A stretch of 64,000 nt of DNA from Gemmatimonadota bacterium (GCA_009841265.1 VXMB01000009.1:229911-293910), one strand, 5' to 3'; shown: positions 48,204 through 58,745, counted from the stretch's first letter. Notes: generated by a model from the sequence alone, not told the origin. Numbers and translations: made by a program.

Positions 48204-48449
48204 GCTGATTCCGTCCGTTTGATGACATGCTGATTCCGTCTATTCGGTGCGCATCCACCTAATTCGGATTTAGTTAAGATACACTATAGTCGTGGAATGT
48301 CAAGATATATCGCGTGGAATCGTATGGGGGGTATAACAAATGTTATATTGGAGGAGTTAAGCGCGGGTATGATTAGGCATTAATGGCGGTATTAAATCTT
48401 GGTTTTGAACAGGCTTTAGATGATGTTTGGGCGGATATTGTGAGGAGGT

Positions 48450-49688
48450 TTAGATAGAATCCAGCCCCTTCACCGCCGCCTCGATCCTTTCCAGCGCCTC
48501 GGCGAGGATCGACCGGGGGCAGGCGATGTTGATCCGTTCGAAGCCCTCGCCCTCGGGGCCGAAGATGTACCCTTCATCGAGAAAGACGCGCGCGTCTTCC
48601 ATCATGAGGTGCTGAAGGGCGTCCTTGTCCAGGCCCAGGCTCGTGAAATCCACCCACACGAGATAGGTGCCCTCGGTTTCGATGACAGGTATGCCGGGTA
48701 GCCGTTCCCTGAAGAAGGATTCGAGGAACCGGTAGTTCCCTTCCAGGTAGGCCAGCAGTTGCTCCAGCCATTCCCCGCCGTCGTTGTAGGCGGCCTCGAC
48801 GGCCGCGATGCCGAAGGGATTCAGCGTGAAGATGCCGGCGCTGCGGACGGTCTGCTGAAAAGCCTCCCGGAGTTCCGGGTCGGGGATCATCATGTTCGAC
48901 GCCTGCAGCGCGGCGAGGTTGAAGGTCTTGCTGGGCGAGGTGCAGATGATCGATCGCGCCTCGTATTCCGCGCCCAGCGTGGCGTAGGGCGTAAAGTCCC
49001 GGTTCCCCAGGATCAGGTCGCCGTGGATCTCGTCGGACACGACCAGCACGTCGTTGTCCATGCAGATCCTGCCGAAGCGTCGCAACTCCTCCCGGGTCCA
49101 GATACGGCCTACCGGATTATGGGGATGGCAGAGGATGGCCATCCTGACCTCCGGGTCGGCACATTTGGCTTCGAGATCGTCGAAGTCCATGTAGTAGCGG
49201 CCGTCCCGGTAGGTCAGCGGGTTCAACGCCGGTCGCGTCTGCAGATTCTCGATGGCGTTGTAGAAGGGATAGTACACCGGTGGCTGCACCAGCACCTTGT
49301 CGCCGGGTTTCGTGTAGGCCGAGACCAGCATGTGGAGGGCGGGTACGATGCCCGGGGTGAAGCAGATGGTGTCGGGATCGACGGACCAGTCATGGCGCCG
49401 CTTCATCCACCGTACCACGGAATCGTAGTAGGACGGCGGCGGGAAGGCGTATCCGTAGACGCCCATGCTTGCGATTTCGGTCACCGCATCCACCACCGGC
49501 TGCGGGCACGGAAAGTCCATGTCCGCCACCCACAGCGGAAGTACGGGTTTCTCGTGCCGGCTGGCGTCGGTTTCGTCCCACGGGACAATGGCGCCGTCCC
49601 GCTTGACATAGTCCCACTTGTACGAATTGGTTCCGTTGCGATTGATGCGCTGGTCGAAATCATAGTTCATCGGGAAGGGTATCTCCAT
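48450..49688 (-). CDS. PatB/MalY-type PLP-dependent C-S lyase (aminotransferase class I/II)
   Basis: 412 aa; LPLWVADMDF, PPVYYPF and SPSKTFNLAAL (PLP Lys) motifs. Confidence 0.75.
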   Translation of the reverse strand: MEIPFPMNYDFDQRINRNGTNSYKWDYVKRDGAIVPWDETDASRHEKPVLPLWVADMDFPCPQPVVDAVTEIASMGVYGYAFPPPSYYDSVVRWMKRRHDWSVDPDTICFTPGIVPALHMLVSAYTKPGDKVLVQPPVYYPFYNAIENLQTRPALNPLTYRDGRYYMDFDDLEAKCADPEVRMAILCHPHNPVGRIWTREELRRFGRICMDNDVLVVSDEIHGDLILGNRDFTPYATLGAEYEARSIICTSPSKTFNLAALQASNMMIPDPELREAFQQTVRSAGIFTLNPFGIAAVEAAYNDGGEWLEQLLAYLEGNYRFLESFFRERLPGIPVIETEGTYLVWVDFTSLGLDKDALQHLMMEDARVFLDEGYIFGPEGEGFERINIACPRSILAEALERIEAAVKGLDSI

Positions 49689-49911
49689 CGGTTCGGGGCG
49701 GTGCAGAGGCTGTACTAAGTCGTTTAGAAGGTGGCCGTTCGGCGTCGTATGTTAACCGGTCGTGGTGGCGCTGTCAATTTGCATTTAACGGTTGCCATGC
49801 ATGGCCTTAGACTGTACCATGTGGACTCGGCGGCCGCCTGTCCGATCCGCCGTCTTCACTGCCTTGAATGCCGAATGAATACACGCAATCGCCGGGTTAC
49901 TCCCTTTACGC

Positions 49912-52032
49912 ATGCGCATTGTCGAACGGTTCAAGAACCTGTCCGCCGGAGAAACCCTGGTCATCGCCGGCGTGGGCCAGCGCGCGGGTGTGCCGGCGAA
50001 AGAGGCCGACGCCGGTTGGCCCATGGGCGTGGCGCGTCGGCCCGACGGCGACCTGGTCGTGATCGACTACCAGTGGCACCGCATCTGGCGTATCGATCGA
50101 GACGGGATCCTCCACGCCTTTGCCGGGGACGGCGTCGCAGGCAACTCGGGCGACGTCGGCCCGGCCGCCGAAGCGCGGTTCCGCAATCCCCATGACCTGT
50201 ACCAGGACCGCCACGGCAACCTGTATCTCTCCGACCTGGGCAACCACACGATCCGTCGCATCGATTACGAGACCGGCGTCATCTCCCGCGTCGCCGGCAA
50301 CGGGGCGATTGGACGGGGAGGCGACGGCGGCCCGGCGCTGGACGCGGAACTGGACTGCACCTGCGGCGTGGCCGTAGACCGGGACGGCAACGTGTACCTG
50401 TCCAGCGAGTGGACGAACAACATCCGGCGTATCGACGCCCGGACCGGAATCGTAGAGACTGTCTTCGGCCATCACGCCCGGCATTACCCCTCAGAGCGGG
50501 GAGAAAGCCGGCCGTACGGGGGGCCCGGACTGAGCCTGGGGGGGTACCATGGCGACGGCGGTCCGGCCCGCGCCGCGGGGTTCTATCATCCGGAACATCT
50601 CGCCTTCGATTCCCGGGGCGACCTGTACGTGTGCGACAATTCCAATGACCGGGTGCGCAGGATCGACATGCGGTCGGGGATCATCTACACGGTCCTGGGC
50701 AACGGCCAGCGTGCGTCCAACGGCGACGGCGGTCCCGCCGTGGAGGCGAGCACGCTCATGCCGGACGCCATCTGCCTGGACGCCCACGACAATCTCTATG
50801 TAGGCGAGAAGTACGGTTTCCGGGTGCGCAAGGTGGAGCGCGAGACGGGTATCGTGCGGACGCTGGCCGGTACCGGTGAGCCGGGATTCGGCGAGGAAGG
50901 ACTGCACGGCTCCGTCACCCGCTGCAATTCCGTGGAAGCGGGTATCTACGCGGAACCGGACGGCACGGTGTTCTGGGGCGACTGCTCCGGCCGGCTGCGC
51001 CGCTGCGACGGCGCCACCGGTATCGTCACCACGGTCCTGGGCGGCACGAGCGTGCACGACGGCGAGATCGCCGAGGCGGGATTCCTGAACGGGCCCGGCG
51101 GCCTGGCTGCCGGCCCGGACGGCACGCTGTTCGTCGCGGACGTCTGGAACCAGCGCATCCGGGCCATCGATCCGGAAACCGGGGTGATCCGGACGATCGC
51201 GGGAACGGGCGCCCGGGCCTACGGAGGCGACGGCGGTCCGGCGGTCGATGCCCATCTCGGCAACCCCCACGACGTGTCCGTGGACCGCTTCGGCCGGGTG
51301 GTCATCGCCGATACCCGCCACGGACACGTGCGTCGCGTGGACCGGGACGGCGTGATCCGCAACGTCGCGGGCGCGGCCTTCAAGTGGGACAAGGGGGACG
51401 GCGGCCCGGCCCTGAGCGCATGCCTGATGCACGTCCTCGCAGTGGCCCATTGCCCCGGCGACGACATATACATCGGCGATGCCGGCTGCGGCCGCATCAG
51501 GAAAACCGACGCCGGAACCGGTATCATCACTACGGTGGCGGGCATCGGGCTTCAGGGATATTCAGGTGACGGCGGCCCGGCGACCCAGGCGCGGGTTGGT
51601 TCGCCTACGGCCATCTGCGTCGACGGATCCGGGCACCTGTACTTCGCCGATGACCGGTACCATGTGATCCGGCGGGTGGATGGGGATTCCGGGATCATTT
51701 CGACCGTGGCGGGCACAGGAGACGAGGGCTTCTCGCCGGACGGGTCGCGGGCGTCGCATTCCGCAATTTCCACGCCCCGGGGTCTGGCCCTGGACGCGTG
51801 GGGACGCATGTACTTCTCCGATACGGGCAACAACCTGGTGCGTCGCATAGCGGAGAACGGCAACCTCGAGACCGTTTTTGGCAGCGGTGAATACGGCGAC
51901 TGCGACGGGCCGGTAGCCGCGACAGATGCGCCCTTGAACGAGCCTCATGGCCTTTGCTTTTATGGCGAGGATGTGCTCGTCGTCAGCGATCATGGCAACA
52001 ACCGGTTGAAAGCCGTCCGGACAGGTGGTTGA
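49912..52032 (+). CDS. NHL-repeat beta-propeller protein (about 11 repeats)
   Basis: 706 aa; reiterated GxxGxxGDGGPA...A.L..P.G...D..GN.Y..D units. Confidence 0.65.
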   Translation: MRIVERFKNLSAGETLVIAGVGQRAGVPAKEADAGWPMGVARRPDGDLVVIDYQWHRIWRIDRDGILHAFAGDGVAGNSGDVGPAAEARFRNPHDLYQDRHGNLYLSDLGNHTIRRIDYETGVISRVAGNGAIGRGGDGGPALDAELDCTCGVAVDRDGNVYLSSEWTNNIRRIDARTGIVETVFGHHARHYPSERGESRPYGGPGLSLGGYHGDGGPARAAGFYHPEHLAFDSRGDLYVCDNSNDRVRRIDMRSGIIYTVLGNGQRASNGDGGPAVEASTLMPDAICLDAHDNLYVGEKYGFRVRKVERETGIVRTLAGTGEPGFGEEGLHGSVTRCNSVEAGIYAEPDGTVFWGDCSGRLRRCDGATGIVTTVLGGTSVHDGEIAEAGFLNGPGGLAAGPDGTLFVADVWNQRIRAIDPETGVIRTIAGTGARAYGGDGGPAVDAHLGNPHDVSVDRFGRVVIADTRHGHVRRVDRDGVIRNVAGAAFKWDKGDGGPALSACLMHVLAVAHCPGDDIYIGDAGCGRIRKTDAGTGIITTVAGIGLQGYSGDGGPATQARVGSPTAICVDGSGHLYFADDRYHVIRRVDGDSGIISTVAGTGDEGFSPDGSRASHSAISTPRGLALDAWGRMYFSDTGNNLVRRIAENGNLETVFGSGEYGDCDGPVAATDAPLNEPHGLCFYGEDVLVVSDHGNNRLKAVRTGG

Positions 52033-52095
52033 GTGGGATGCCGGTGGCGTGCCGGCCGTTGCGCATATTGAGCCCAGAATCAGACAGGAGAAGGA

Positions 52096-53217
52096 ATGAA
52101 GATTACCGAGATCAAAACTGCCGATGTAACCGTACCGTCCGGATACACGTACCACTACATTCGCGTATACACTGACGAGGGCGTGTACGGTACGGGGGAA
52201 ACCAGTCATGTCGACCCCGGCTGGCGGGACTCGACCCGCCACATGGCGAAGATGATCATCGGCATGGACCCCCGCGACGTGGACGCCTGCTTCGAACTCA
52301 TTCGCCGAAGGTACATTTTCATGGGCGGCGCGGGCGGCACCTCCATCTCGGCGCTGACCGGCATCGAGATCGCGCTCTGGGACCTCGCCGGCAAGGCCCA
52401 GGGCGTACCGGTATACCGACTCCTGGGCGGCAAGTACCGAGACCGGGTCAGGCTGTACGTGGACAGCGCGCACGCCGACTACAACGAGCGCGCCGCGGAG
52501 GTGAATGAACGGGGTTTCACGGCGATCAAGTTCGATCTCGACGATGCGCAGAACCCCCACAAGCTGGACCCCTGGAACTGGTCGGTCACGCCCGACGAAC
52601 TGAAGTCCCTCGTGGACCAGGCCTACGCGATCCGGGAGGGCATCGGCCCGTCTCTCGACCTGGCCATCGACCTCCACGGCCGGTACGACGCGACTGCCGG
52701 GATGAAGATGGCCCATGAATTCGAGCCGCTGAACCTCCTGTGGCTCGAGGAACCGGTGCCGCCGGAGAATATCGATGCGCTGGCCAAGATCACCCAGGCC
52801 ACGGGGACGCCCATCTGCGTCGGCGAGAATCTCTATCTCCGCCATGGATTCAGGGATCTGCTACAGCAGCAGGCCGCCGATATCATCATGCCGGATATCT
52901 CGAAGTGCGGAGGCCTGTCGGAATGCCGCAAGATCGCCAACATGGCCGAGCTGTACTACGTGCCCTTCGCCCCGCACAACAACTCAAGCGCACTGAGCAC
53001 GGTCGGCGACGCCCATGTCTGTGCGAGCGTACCGAACTTCCTCGTGCTCGAGTTTCACCGGTTCGACGACCCGACGTGGGACGACGTGCTGGCGACGGAG
53101 GAGTCGGTCATCCAGGATGGACACGTGGTATTGACGGAAGCGCCCGGACTGGGCGTGGAACTGAACGAGGAGTTTCTCGCGTCGCAGATGCCGGAAGGGG
53201 AAGCGTTGTGGCAGTGA
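52096..53217 (+). CDS. mandelate racemase/muconate lactonizing enzyme (enolase superfamily)
   Basis: 373 aa; MKITEIKT... capping domain, KFDLDD, EEP and D metal ligands. Confidence 0.75.
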   Translation: MKITEIKTADVTVPSGYTYHYIRVYTDEGVYGTGETSHVDPGWRDSTRHMAKMIIGMDPRDVDACFELIRRRYIFMGGAGGTSISALTGIEIALWDLAGKAQGVPVYRLLGGKYRDRVRLYVDSAHADYNERAAEVNERGFTAIKFDLDDAQNPHKLDPWNWSVTPDELKSLVDQAYAIREGIGPSLDLAIDLHGRYDATAGMKMAHEFEPLNLLWLEEPVPPENIDALAKITQATGTPICVGENLYLRHGFRDLLQQQAADIIMPDISKCGGLSECRKIANMAELYYVPFAPHNNSSALSTVGDAHVCASVPNFLVLEFHRFDDPTWDDVLATEESVIQDGHVVLTEAPGLGVELNEEFLASQMPEGEALWQ

Positions 53218-53285
53218 GAAGATCTGCCAGGGCAACCTGGAACAATGTTTGTATTGACTAGAGATACGCGCTTCGGGGAGGGAAC

Positions 53286-53675
53286 ATGCACTGGTACATA
53301 GATGTACTGAAGAAGTACACCGTATTCAGCGGAAGAGCGAGGAGGAAGGAATTCTGGATGTTTTTTCTTTTCTCCACGATCATTTCGATATTCCTCGCGG
53401 TGATTGACGAGTTTATGGGATGGCAGTTCGAGATGGATGGAGAAAGCCTTGGGTTCCTGAGTACCCTTTACTATCTAGCGGTAATCGTACCCTATCTCGC
53501 GGTGATATTTCGACGCCTGCACGATACCGAGCGCAGCGGTTGGTGGATTCTGATCGCGTTCATCCCGCTTGTCGGCGTCCTGATTCTGCTGGTGTTTCTG
53601 ATCCTGCAAGGAACGAGGGGCGAGAATCGATACGGACCGGACCCTAAGGATGCTGAAGTCGCTCCGACCTGGTAG
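53286..53675 (+). CDS. DUF805 (YhaH-like) inner membrane protein
   Basis: 129 aa; GRARRKEFW motif, three TM helices. Confidence 0.6.
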   Translation: MHWYIDVLKKYTVFSGRARRKEFWMFFLFSTIISIFLAVIDEFMGWQFEMDGESLGFLSTLYYLAVIVPYLAVIFRRLHDTERSGWWILIAFIPLVGVLILLVFLILQGTRGENRYGPDPKDAEVAPTW

Positions 53676-53681
53676 ACCGGA

Positions 53682-54005
53682 TCAAGCTCTCGACTGGACA
53701 ATGCTGTCCCGGACCTGACGCATGAGCTCGCTGTTGTTGAGCCGGGCCGCATCCATGATCAGGAACCAGTCGATGATCGTCCAGATGAATAACCCGCCGA
53801 GGGTCAGCAGCTTGGCTATGCCGAGGCCAACATCGCCAATGTAGAATCGGTCGACACCGAGCGAACCGCCGATGATACTGATCGCGAGGGCGGTTCTGGG
53901 GTCTTTACGCCGGGTTGCGAACTGTACGTCGAACTGCAATTGCTCTCCGTTCGCCAGATCTTGTTTTGCCAGGTTCGCTTCCCGCAGTTCCTGTTCATTG
54001 GACAT
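53682..54005 (-). CDS. TM2-domain membrane protein
   Basis: 107 aa from the ATG at 54005 (MSNEQ...); GGSLGVDRFYIGDVGLGIAKLLT is the TM2 signature; the longer 357-aa ORF upstream is antisense to the Gfo/Idh/MocA gene. Confidence 0.55.
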   Translation of the reverse strand: MSNEQELREANLAKQDLANGEQLQFDVQFATRRKDPRTALAISIIGGSLGVDRFYIGDVGLGIAKLLTLGGLFIWTIIDWFLIMDAARLNNSELMRQVRDSIVQSRA

Positions 54006-54227
54006 GCCATGATCTCCCGTGGTTTGTGGTACGTTGTCGAGGACGGCTCGAACTACGCCACATCCTTGAACAGATTGCATAAGGTCTTGAATACTTGACC
54101 ATCGTGTAGTTATAGTACCTGACATACGTTGGACAAGCGAATTCGCATTAAAGTTTCCTTCTGTTTCGGCGACAATGGTTCGAAAGCTCAATCGTAGATC
54201 CAGAGGCATCCCACGAAAGGACAGACC

Positions 54228-55226
54228 ATGATCAGGGTGGGTTCCATCGGACTTGGCGGCATGGGGTCGCACCAGGCCAGGGCTTTTAACGGGGTTGAAG
54301 GTTGCGAGCTGGTCGCGGGCGCCGATCCGTCTCCTGAAATGCGGGCACGGTTTGCCGAGACCTTCCCGGGCACGAAGCTGTTTGATTCCACGGAGGCCAT
54401 CGTCAACAGCGGTGAGGTGGACGCCGTCGTGATCGCCGTGCCGACCGGCCTGCACTGCGCAGCGGCATTGACCGCCCTCGATGCGGGCATCCCGGTGCTG
54501 GTGGAAAAGCCCATGGCGCGCACGGTGGAGGAATGCCGGCGGCTCAACGAGACGGCGGATCGCAACAACACCTTCATCATGGTCGCCCACTGCCGCCGTT
54601 TCGATCCCCACTGGAAGTCCTGGGGTGCGTACGTGGCCTCGGGAAAGCTGGGATCGCCCATCCTGTGGCGCAACGCCATGGCCGGGTTCGGGCCGGGACG
54701 CTGGTACATGGACCACGACATGGGAGGCGGACCCCTGATGGACGGCGCCGTCCACAACTACGACTTCGCCAATTTCCTCTTCGGCGATCCCGAAAGCGTC
54801 CTGTCCAGTTCGATCAACTTCGAGCCCGATTCATCCGCCCTGGACACCTGTTCCGCCATCGTACGCTACAGGAACGGCAACCAGTTGCTCATGTCATGGA
54901 GCTGGGCGGCCCGGGGAAACGGGCTGCACGATATCATCGGGCCAAAGGGATTCATCCAGTTCGGCACCGGGGATCTGCCCGATCCGGAAGACACCGAATC
55001 CCACCAGTACTGCTGTTTCACGGACCGGGAAGGCGAACAGACCCTGATCAAGTCGAAATCGGAACCCGACATGTACGCCTTGCAGGCGGAGCATTTCCTG
55101 TCCTGCGTGCGCGGAGACGTCACCTGCCTGTCGCCGGGCACGGAGGCGATCAAGGCCATCGCCGTGGCGGATGCGATCCTGCAGGCCGGACCCGGAGGAG
55201 AAGCGCGGGAGGTGGCCTGGACGTGA
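54228..55226 (+). CDS. Gfo/Idh/MocA-family NAD(P)-dependent oxidoreductase
   Basis: 332 aa; RVGSIGLGGMG Rossmann motif, EKP motif VLVEKPMA. Confidence 0.75.
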   Translation: MIRVGSIGLGGMGSHQARAFNGVEGCELVAGADPSPEMRARFAETFPGTKLFDSTEAIVNSGEVDAVVIAVPTGLHCAAALTALDAGIPVLVEKPMARTVEECRRLNETADRNNTFIMVAHCRRFDPHWKSWGAYVASGKLGSPILWRNAMAGFGPGRWYMDHDMGGGPLMDGAVHNYDFANFLFGDPESVLSSSINFEPDSSALDTCSAIVRYRNGNQLLMSWSWAARGNGLHDIIGPKGFIQFGTGDLPDPEDTESHQYCCFTDREGEQTLIKSKSEPDMYALQAEHFLSCVRGDVTCLSPGTEAIKAIAVADAILQAGPGGEAREVAWT

Positions 55227-55322
55227 CCAAGCGTACACTCCATCCCGCTCGACGTTGCGTGTACACAGTTGTTTTTCTTAATCGGTTCGACATGGATTCA
55301 CCCATCCCACAAGGATAACAAA

Positions 55323-55775
55323 ATGAACAGACTGATGTGCTTCCTAACGAAGAATCTCGGCATGACCGACCTCGGCCTGCTCATCATCCGCATCGTGATC
55401 GGCTTCAGCATGGCGGCCTTTCACGGTTGGGGCAAGATTTCCAATCCCGGGCGGTGGGCTGCCATCGGCGGTAACATGGAACTGGTCGGCATCAGCTTCC
55501 TCCCGGCGTTCTGGGGGTTCATGGCCGGGTTCGCGGAATTCTTCTGCTCGATCCTCGTGATGCTCGGCGTGTTCTTCCGGCCCGCGACGACGTTGCTCGC
55601 GCTAACCATGCTGATGGCCATGCTGCGTCACCTGTCGCTGCCTGCGGACGATCCGGCTTCGGGACTCAACGGCGCATCGCACGCCATGGAACTCTGCGCC
55701 GTATACATCGCCCTCTGGTTTGCCGGTCCGGGCAAGTACAGCCTGATGCCGGGCACCACGAAAGACCAGTCCTAG
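55323..55775 (+). CDS. DoxX-family membrane protein
   Basis: ORF 55269..55775, ATG at 55323 (MNRLMCF...); four TM helices, LLIIRIVIGF..HGWGK DoxX pattern. Confidence 0.6.
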   Translation: MNRLMCFLTKNLGMTDLGLLIIRIVIGFSMAAFHGWGKISNPGRWAAIGGNMELVGISFLPAFWGFMAGFAEFFCSILVMLGVFFRPATTLLALTMLMAMLRHLSLPADDPASGLNGASHAMELCAVYIALWFAGPGKYSLMPGTTKDQS

Positions 55776-55783
55776 CGGCCCCG

Positions 55784-56284
55784 ATGGCACCGAATCGGAC
55801 GCGGAGATCCATGAGACAGACCGTCGAGATAGGAGTGATTTCAGATACCCACGGCCTGTTGCGACCAGAGGCCCTGGACGCGCTGGAGGGGGTGGAAAGG
55901 ATCATTCACGGTGGGGACGTGGGCGGCGAAGATATCCTGGACGACCTGTCGGCGATCGCACCGGTAACGGTAGTGCGGGGGAACACGGACTACCAGTCCT
56001 GGGCGGCGCGCCTGCCGGTGACCGAATTGCTGGAGGTTGGGGGCCGGTCGATTTACGTGGTCCACGATATCGAAGACCTGAACGTGGATCCGGCCGCGGC
56101 AGGTATCGACGTGGTCGTTTACGGCCATTCCCACCGGCCGGTATGGGACCAGCGCGGCGATGGGGTATGGCAGCTCAATCCCGGCTCCGCAGGACCCCGC
56201 CGTTTCAGTCTTCCCGTCTCGGTTGCCCGTCTGCAGGTATCTACAAAGTATATACGTGGTGAGATCAAGTATCTGGAAGTGTAG
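55784..56284 (+). CDS. YfcE/MJ0936-family metallophosphoesterase
   Basis: 166 aa; IGVISDTHG, GGDVG, VRGNTD, GHSH motifs. Confidence 0.7.
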   Translation: MAPNRTRRSMRQTVEIGVISDTHGLLRPEALDALEGVERIIHGGDVGGEDILDDLSAIAPVTVVRGNTDYQSWAARLPVTELLEVGGRSIYVVHDIEDLNVDPAAAGIDVVVYGHSHRPVWDQRGDGVWQLNPGSAGPRRFSLPVSVARLQVSTKYIRGEIKYLEV

Positions 56285-56349
56285 TTCGTGGACCGTCGTT
56301 TCGGCGGCGGGCGGTAGTGGACGGCGAGCAGCGGGCGGCGAATGCGAAA

Positions 56350-57477
56350 TCAATACTTCGCCACGGTCATGGCCTCGAAGCGCTCGATGTCCCACTCAGC
56401 GCCCCAGCCCGGACCATCGGGCGGTACGATGTGGCCGTCCGCTACGAGCGGCTTGTTGACCATGCCCCAGGTGCTGGCCGTGTCTACGAATCCGTGGGCT
56501 CCGGTCTCGTAGAACCCCGTGTTGTCGATACAACATCCGAGATGGGCGTGGACGAGTCCGAAGAGGCCGCCCTCGGCGTTCAACTCGATGTTGGTGTCGT
56601 ACATTTCGGCGAAATGGGCCATCTTGAGGACCTGCGTGGTCCCATGCCGTGCGTTGGCGCGCAGCAGGTCGGTCGCCCCTGAAATCAGCCGCTGCGTCGA
56701 AATACCCAGGTCGTGCATCAGCGTTTCGTTCCCCATCACCGGAATGGTCAGCTCCCTGCACAGTTCCCGGTACTGATGCTCCTTGTGTTCGTGCATCGGC
56801 TCTTCCAGCCAGACGAAGTCCAGTTCCTCCATGACCCGTCCCACTTCGATGGCTTCCTGCAGCGTGTAGGAACAGACCGGGTCGTTCAGCAGCAGGTAGT
56901 CGGGACCGACGATCCTCCGCACTTCCCTGAAGATCGGGATGTCCGCCTTGCCGCCCTTGTAGGTGTGGAACTTGTAGGCGTTTACGCCGTATTCCCTGCC
57001 GTCTTCGATCATCTGCAGGTAGGTCCCGATATCGGAATCTCCTCCGGTCAGATACACCGGGAACCGGTCCCGGACCCGTCCGATCAGGGCGTAGACCGGC
57101 AGAACCGCCTTCTTGCCCGCGATGTCCCACAGGCAATTGTCGAAGTCCCCGAACCAGCCGGGCTTCTGGTAGAGCCAGCGCGTGCCCTTGTGAAGCAGCT
57201 GGAACAGTTCTTCGCGGTTCAGCGGGTTCTTGCCCATCACCTGTGTCCGCAGGATCTCCACCTGCTCCCGGTCCATCGTGGTCGTGCACGTGCCCTCGAT
57301 GCCCTCATCGGTCTCGACCCGGATGAAGTGCTGCCGCAGCTTTCCGGTTTTGGGATGGGATCTGCTGCCGTGGGTATACTGCGTGCGCCTCAGGCCGGGG
57401 ACCTGCTTCAATACGTGATAGTACTGCGGCTGGTCGGGATCTTCGAGTACGAACAGCCTGATGCCGGTGATTTTCAT
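56350..57477 (-). CDS. mandelate racemase/muconate lactonizing enzyme (enolase superfamily)
   Basis: 375 aa; third MR/MLE paralog; KFH..K, LEEP, D ligands. Confidence 0.7.
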   Translation of the reverse strand: MKITGIRLFVLEDPDQPQYYHVLKQVPGLRRTQYTHGSRSHPKTGKLRQHFIRVETDEGIEGTCTTTMDREQVEILRTQVMGKNPLNREELFQLLHKGTRWLYQKPGWFGDFDNCLWDIAGKKAVLPVYALIGRVRDRFPVYLTGGDSDIGTYLQMIEDGREYGVNAYKFHTYKGGKADIPIFREVRRIVGPDYLLLNDPVCSYTLQEAIEVGRVMEELDFVWLEEPMHEHKEHQYRELCRELTIPVMGNETLMHDLGISTQRLISGATDLLRANARHGTTQVLKMAHFAEMYDTNIELNAEGGLFGLVHAHLGCCIDNTGFYETGAHGFVDTASTWGMVNKPLVADGHIVPPDGPGWGAEWDIERFEAMTVAKY

Positions 57478-58679
57478 GCGGATTTACGGGGTGCGGGAGG
57501 GGTCGCGGACGCGTTCGCGGGTGCGGGAGGAGTCGCCGGCGCGGGTGCGGTCCCGGGTGATGATGCGGCCGCCGGAAGCTCGGCGATATACTGGTAATCG
57601 GGTTCCACCGCCTGGCGGTCCATGATCTGGATGATCTGCTTCCAGGTTTCCCATAACCCGCTGGTGCAGTAGGGCATTTCGTGCTTGATGAGCCGGTGCA
57701 GCCTGCCCAGTTTATAGCAGGGAACCGCGGCGTACATGTGGTGCTCGGTATGGTAGTTCATGTGCCAGTACAGGAACTGCAGGACGGGGTTGATATAGAA
57801 GGTCCTGCAGCACAGGCGGAAGTCGGGGATTTCGTCCTGCAGGCCCACGTGCTGGGTCGCGTTGCACAGGAACTGCAGCCAGGAGCCGATCATCTTAGGG
57901 AAGGTGATGACCAGGAGCACGACCCACAGCCCGTAGGCCAGCGAGACGCCCGCGATCAGCATGTGGCCGGTGAACATGAAGCGTTCCCAGTTGGTGTAGG
58001 CCCTGCGCCGCTCCGGGTCGCTTTCCGGAAAGAGCTCCTGCGACCACTTATCGTCCGGAATCTTGCCCGCGACGGCCGCCAGCCTGCCTTTCACCAGGTC
58101 GTAGGGATAACGATAGTTGACGATCGACGACTTCCACAGGTTCCGCATGTCGAACTTCGCGGGAAGGACCACCTCCTGGTCGTCCGGATGGTGCAGCGTA
58201 TACTTATGATGTTCGGTGTGGCTCGCCCAGAAGTGGTGGTGGTTGTGCCATCCCAGGAAGGAATACACGCGGAGGAAAAAGCGGTTCAGCCAGCGGGTCC
58301 TGAAGACGGAATCATGGACCAGTTCGTGAAATCCGTTGACCAGGAAATGCCAGAAATGGCCGTTGATGAATACCAGGAGTATCGTAATATACCACGGCCA
58401 GTAGAGGGAGGAGTAGATGGCGGCGCCGGCGCCGGCGGCCAGGACGGCGAGATAGCCCAGGGTCTGTACGAATCCCAGGAAATCGCTGCGCCGGTTGAGG
58501 CTGGCCAGTTGTTCCCGCGTGACGCGGCACCGGTACCACTTCACGCGCTTCTTCGGGGGCGGCGCGTTGTACTGCGGTCCCTCGGTCAGCACTTCCTCGT
58601 CGGAAAGCACGGATTGATCCGGACCGACGATTTCCGGGGAGTCGCCCGATTCGTTAGGATCTCTGGCAGATTCGCTCAC
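57474..58679 (-). CDS. membrane fatty-acid desaturase family protein
   Basis: 401 aa; His boxes HELVHD, HNHHHFWASHTEHHKY, HTEHHMY; Pro/Ala-rich C-terminal tail; 4-nt overlap with the upstream enolase. Confidence 0.7.
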   Translation of the reverse strand: MSESARDPNESGDSPEIVGPDQSVLSDEEVLTEGPQYNAPPPKKRVKWYRCRVTREQLASLNRRSDFLGFVQTLGYLAVLAAGAGAAIYSSLYWPWYITILLVFINGHFWHFLVNGFHELVHDSVFRTRWLNRFFLRVYSFLGWHNHHHFWASHTEHHKYTLHHPDDQEVVLPAKFDMRNLWKSSIVNYRYPYDLVKGRLAAVAGKIPDDKWSQELFPESDPERRRAYTNWERFMFTGHMLIAGVSLAYGLWVVLLVITFPKMIGSWLQFLCNATQHVGLQDEIPDFRLCCRTFYINPVLQFLYWHMNYHTEHHMYAAVPCYKLGRLHRLIKHEMPYCTSGLWETWKQIIQIMDRQAVEPDYQYIAELPAAASSPGTAPAPATPPAPANASATPPAPRKSA

Positions 58680-58745
58680 GATGTCATCCTGCCTGCAACA
58701 TGTTGAAGGGAACGCAGTTAAAGTAAGGTCGATCTACCATGATCG

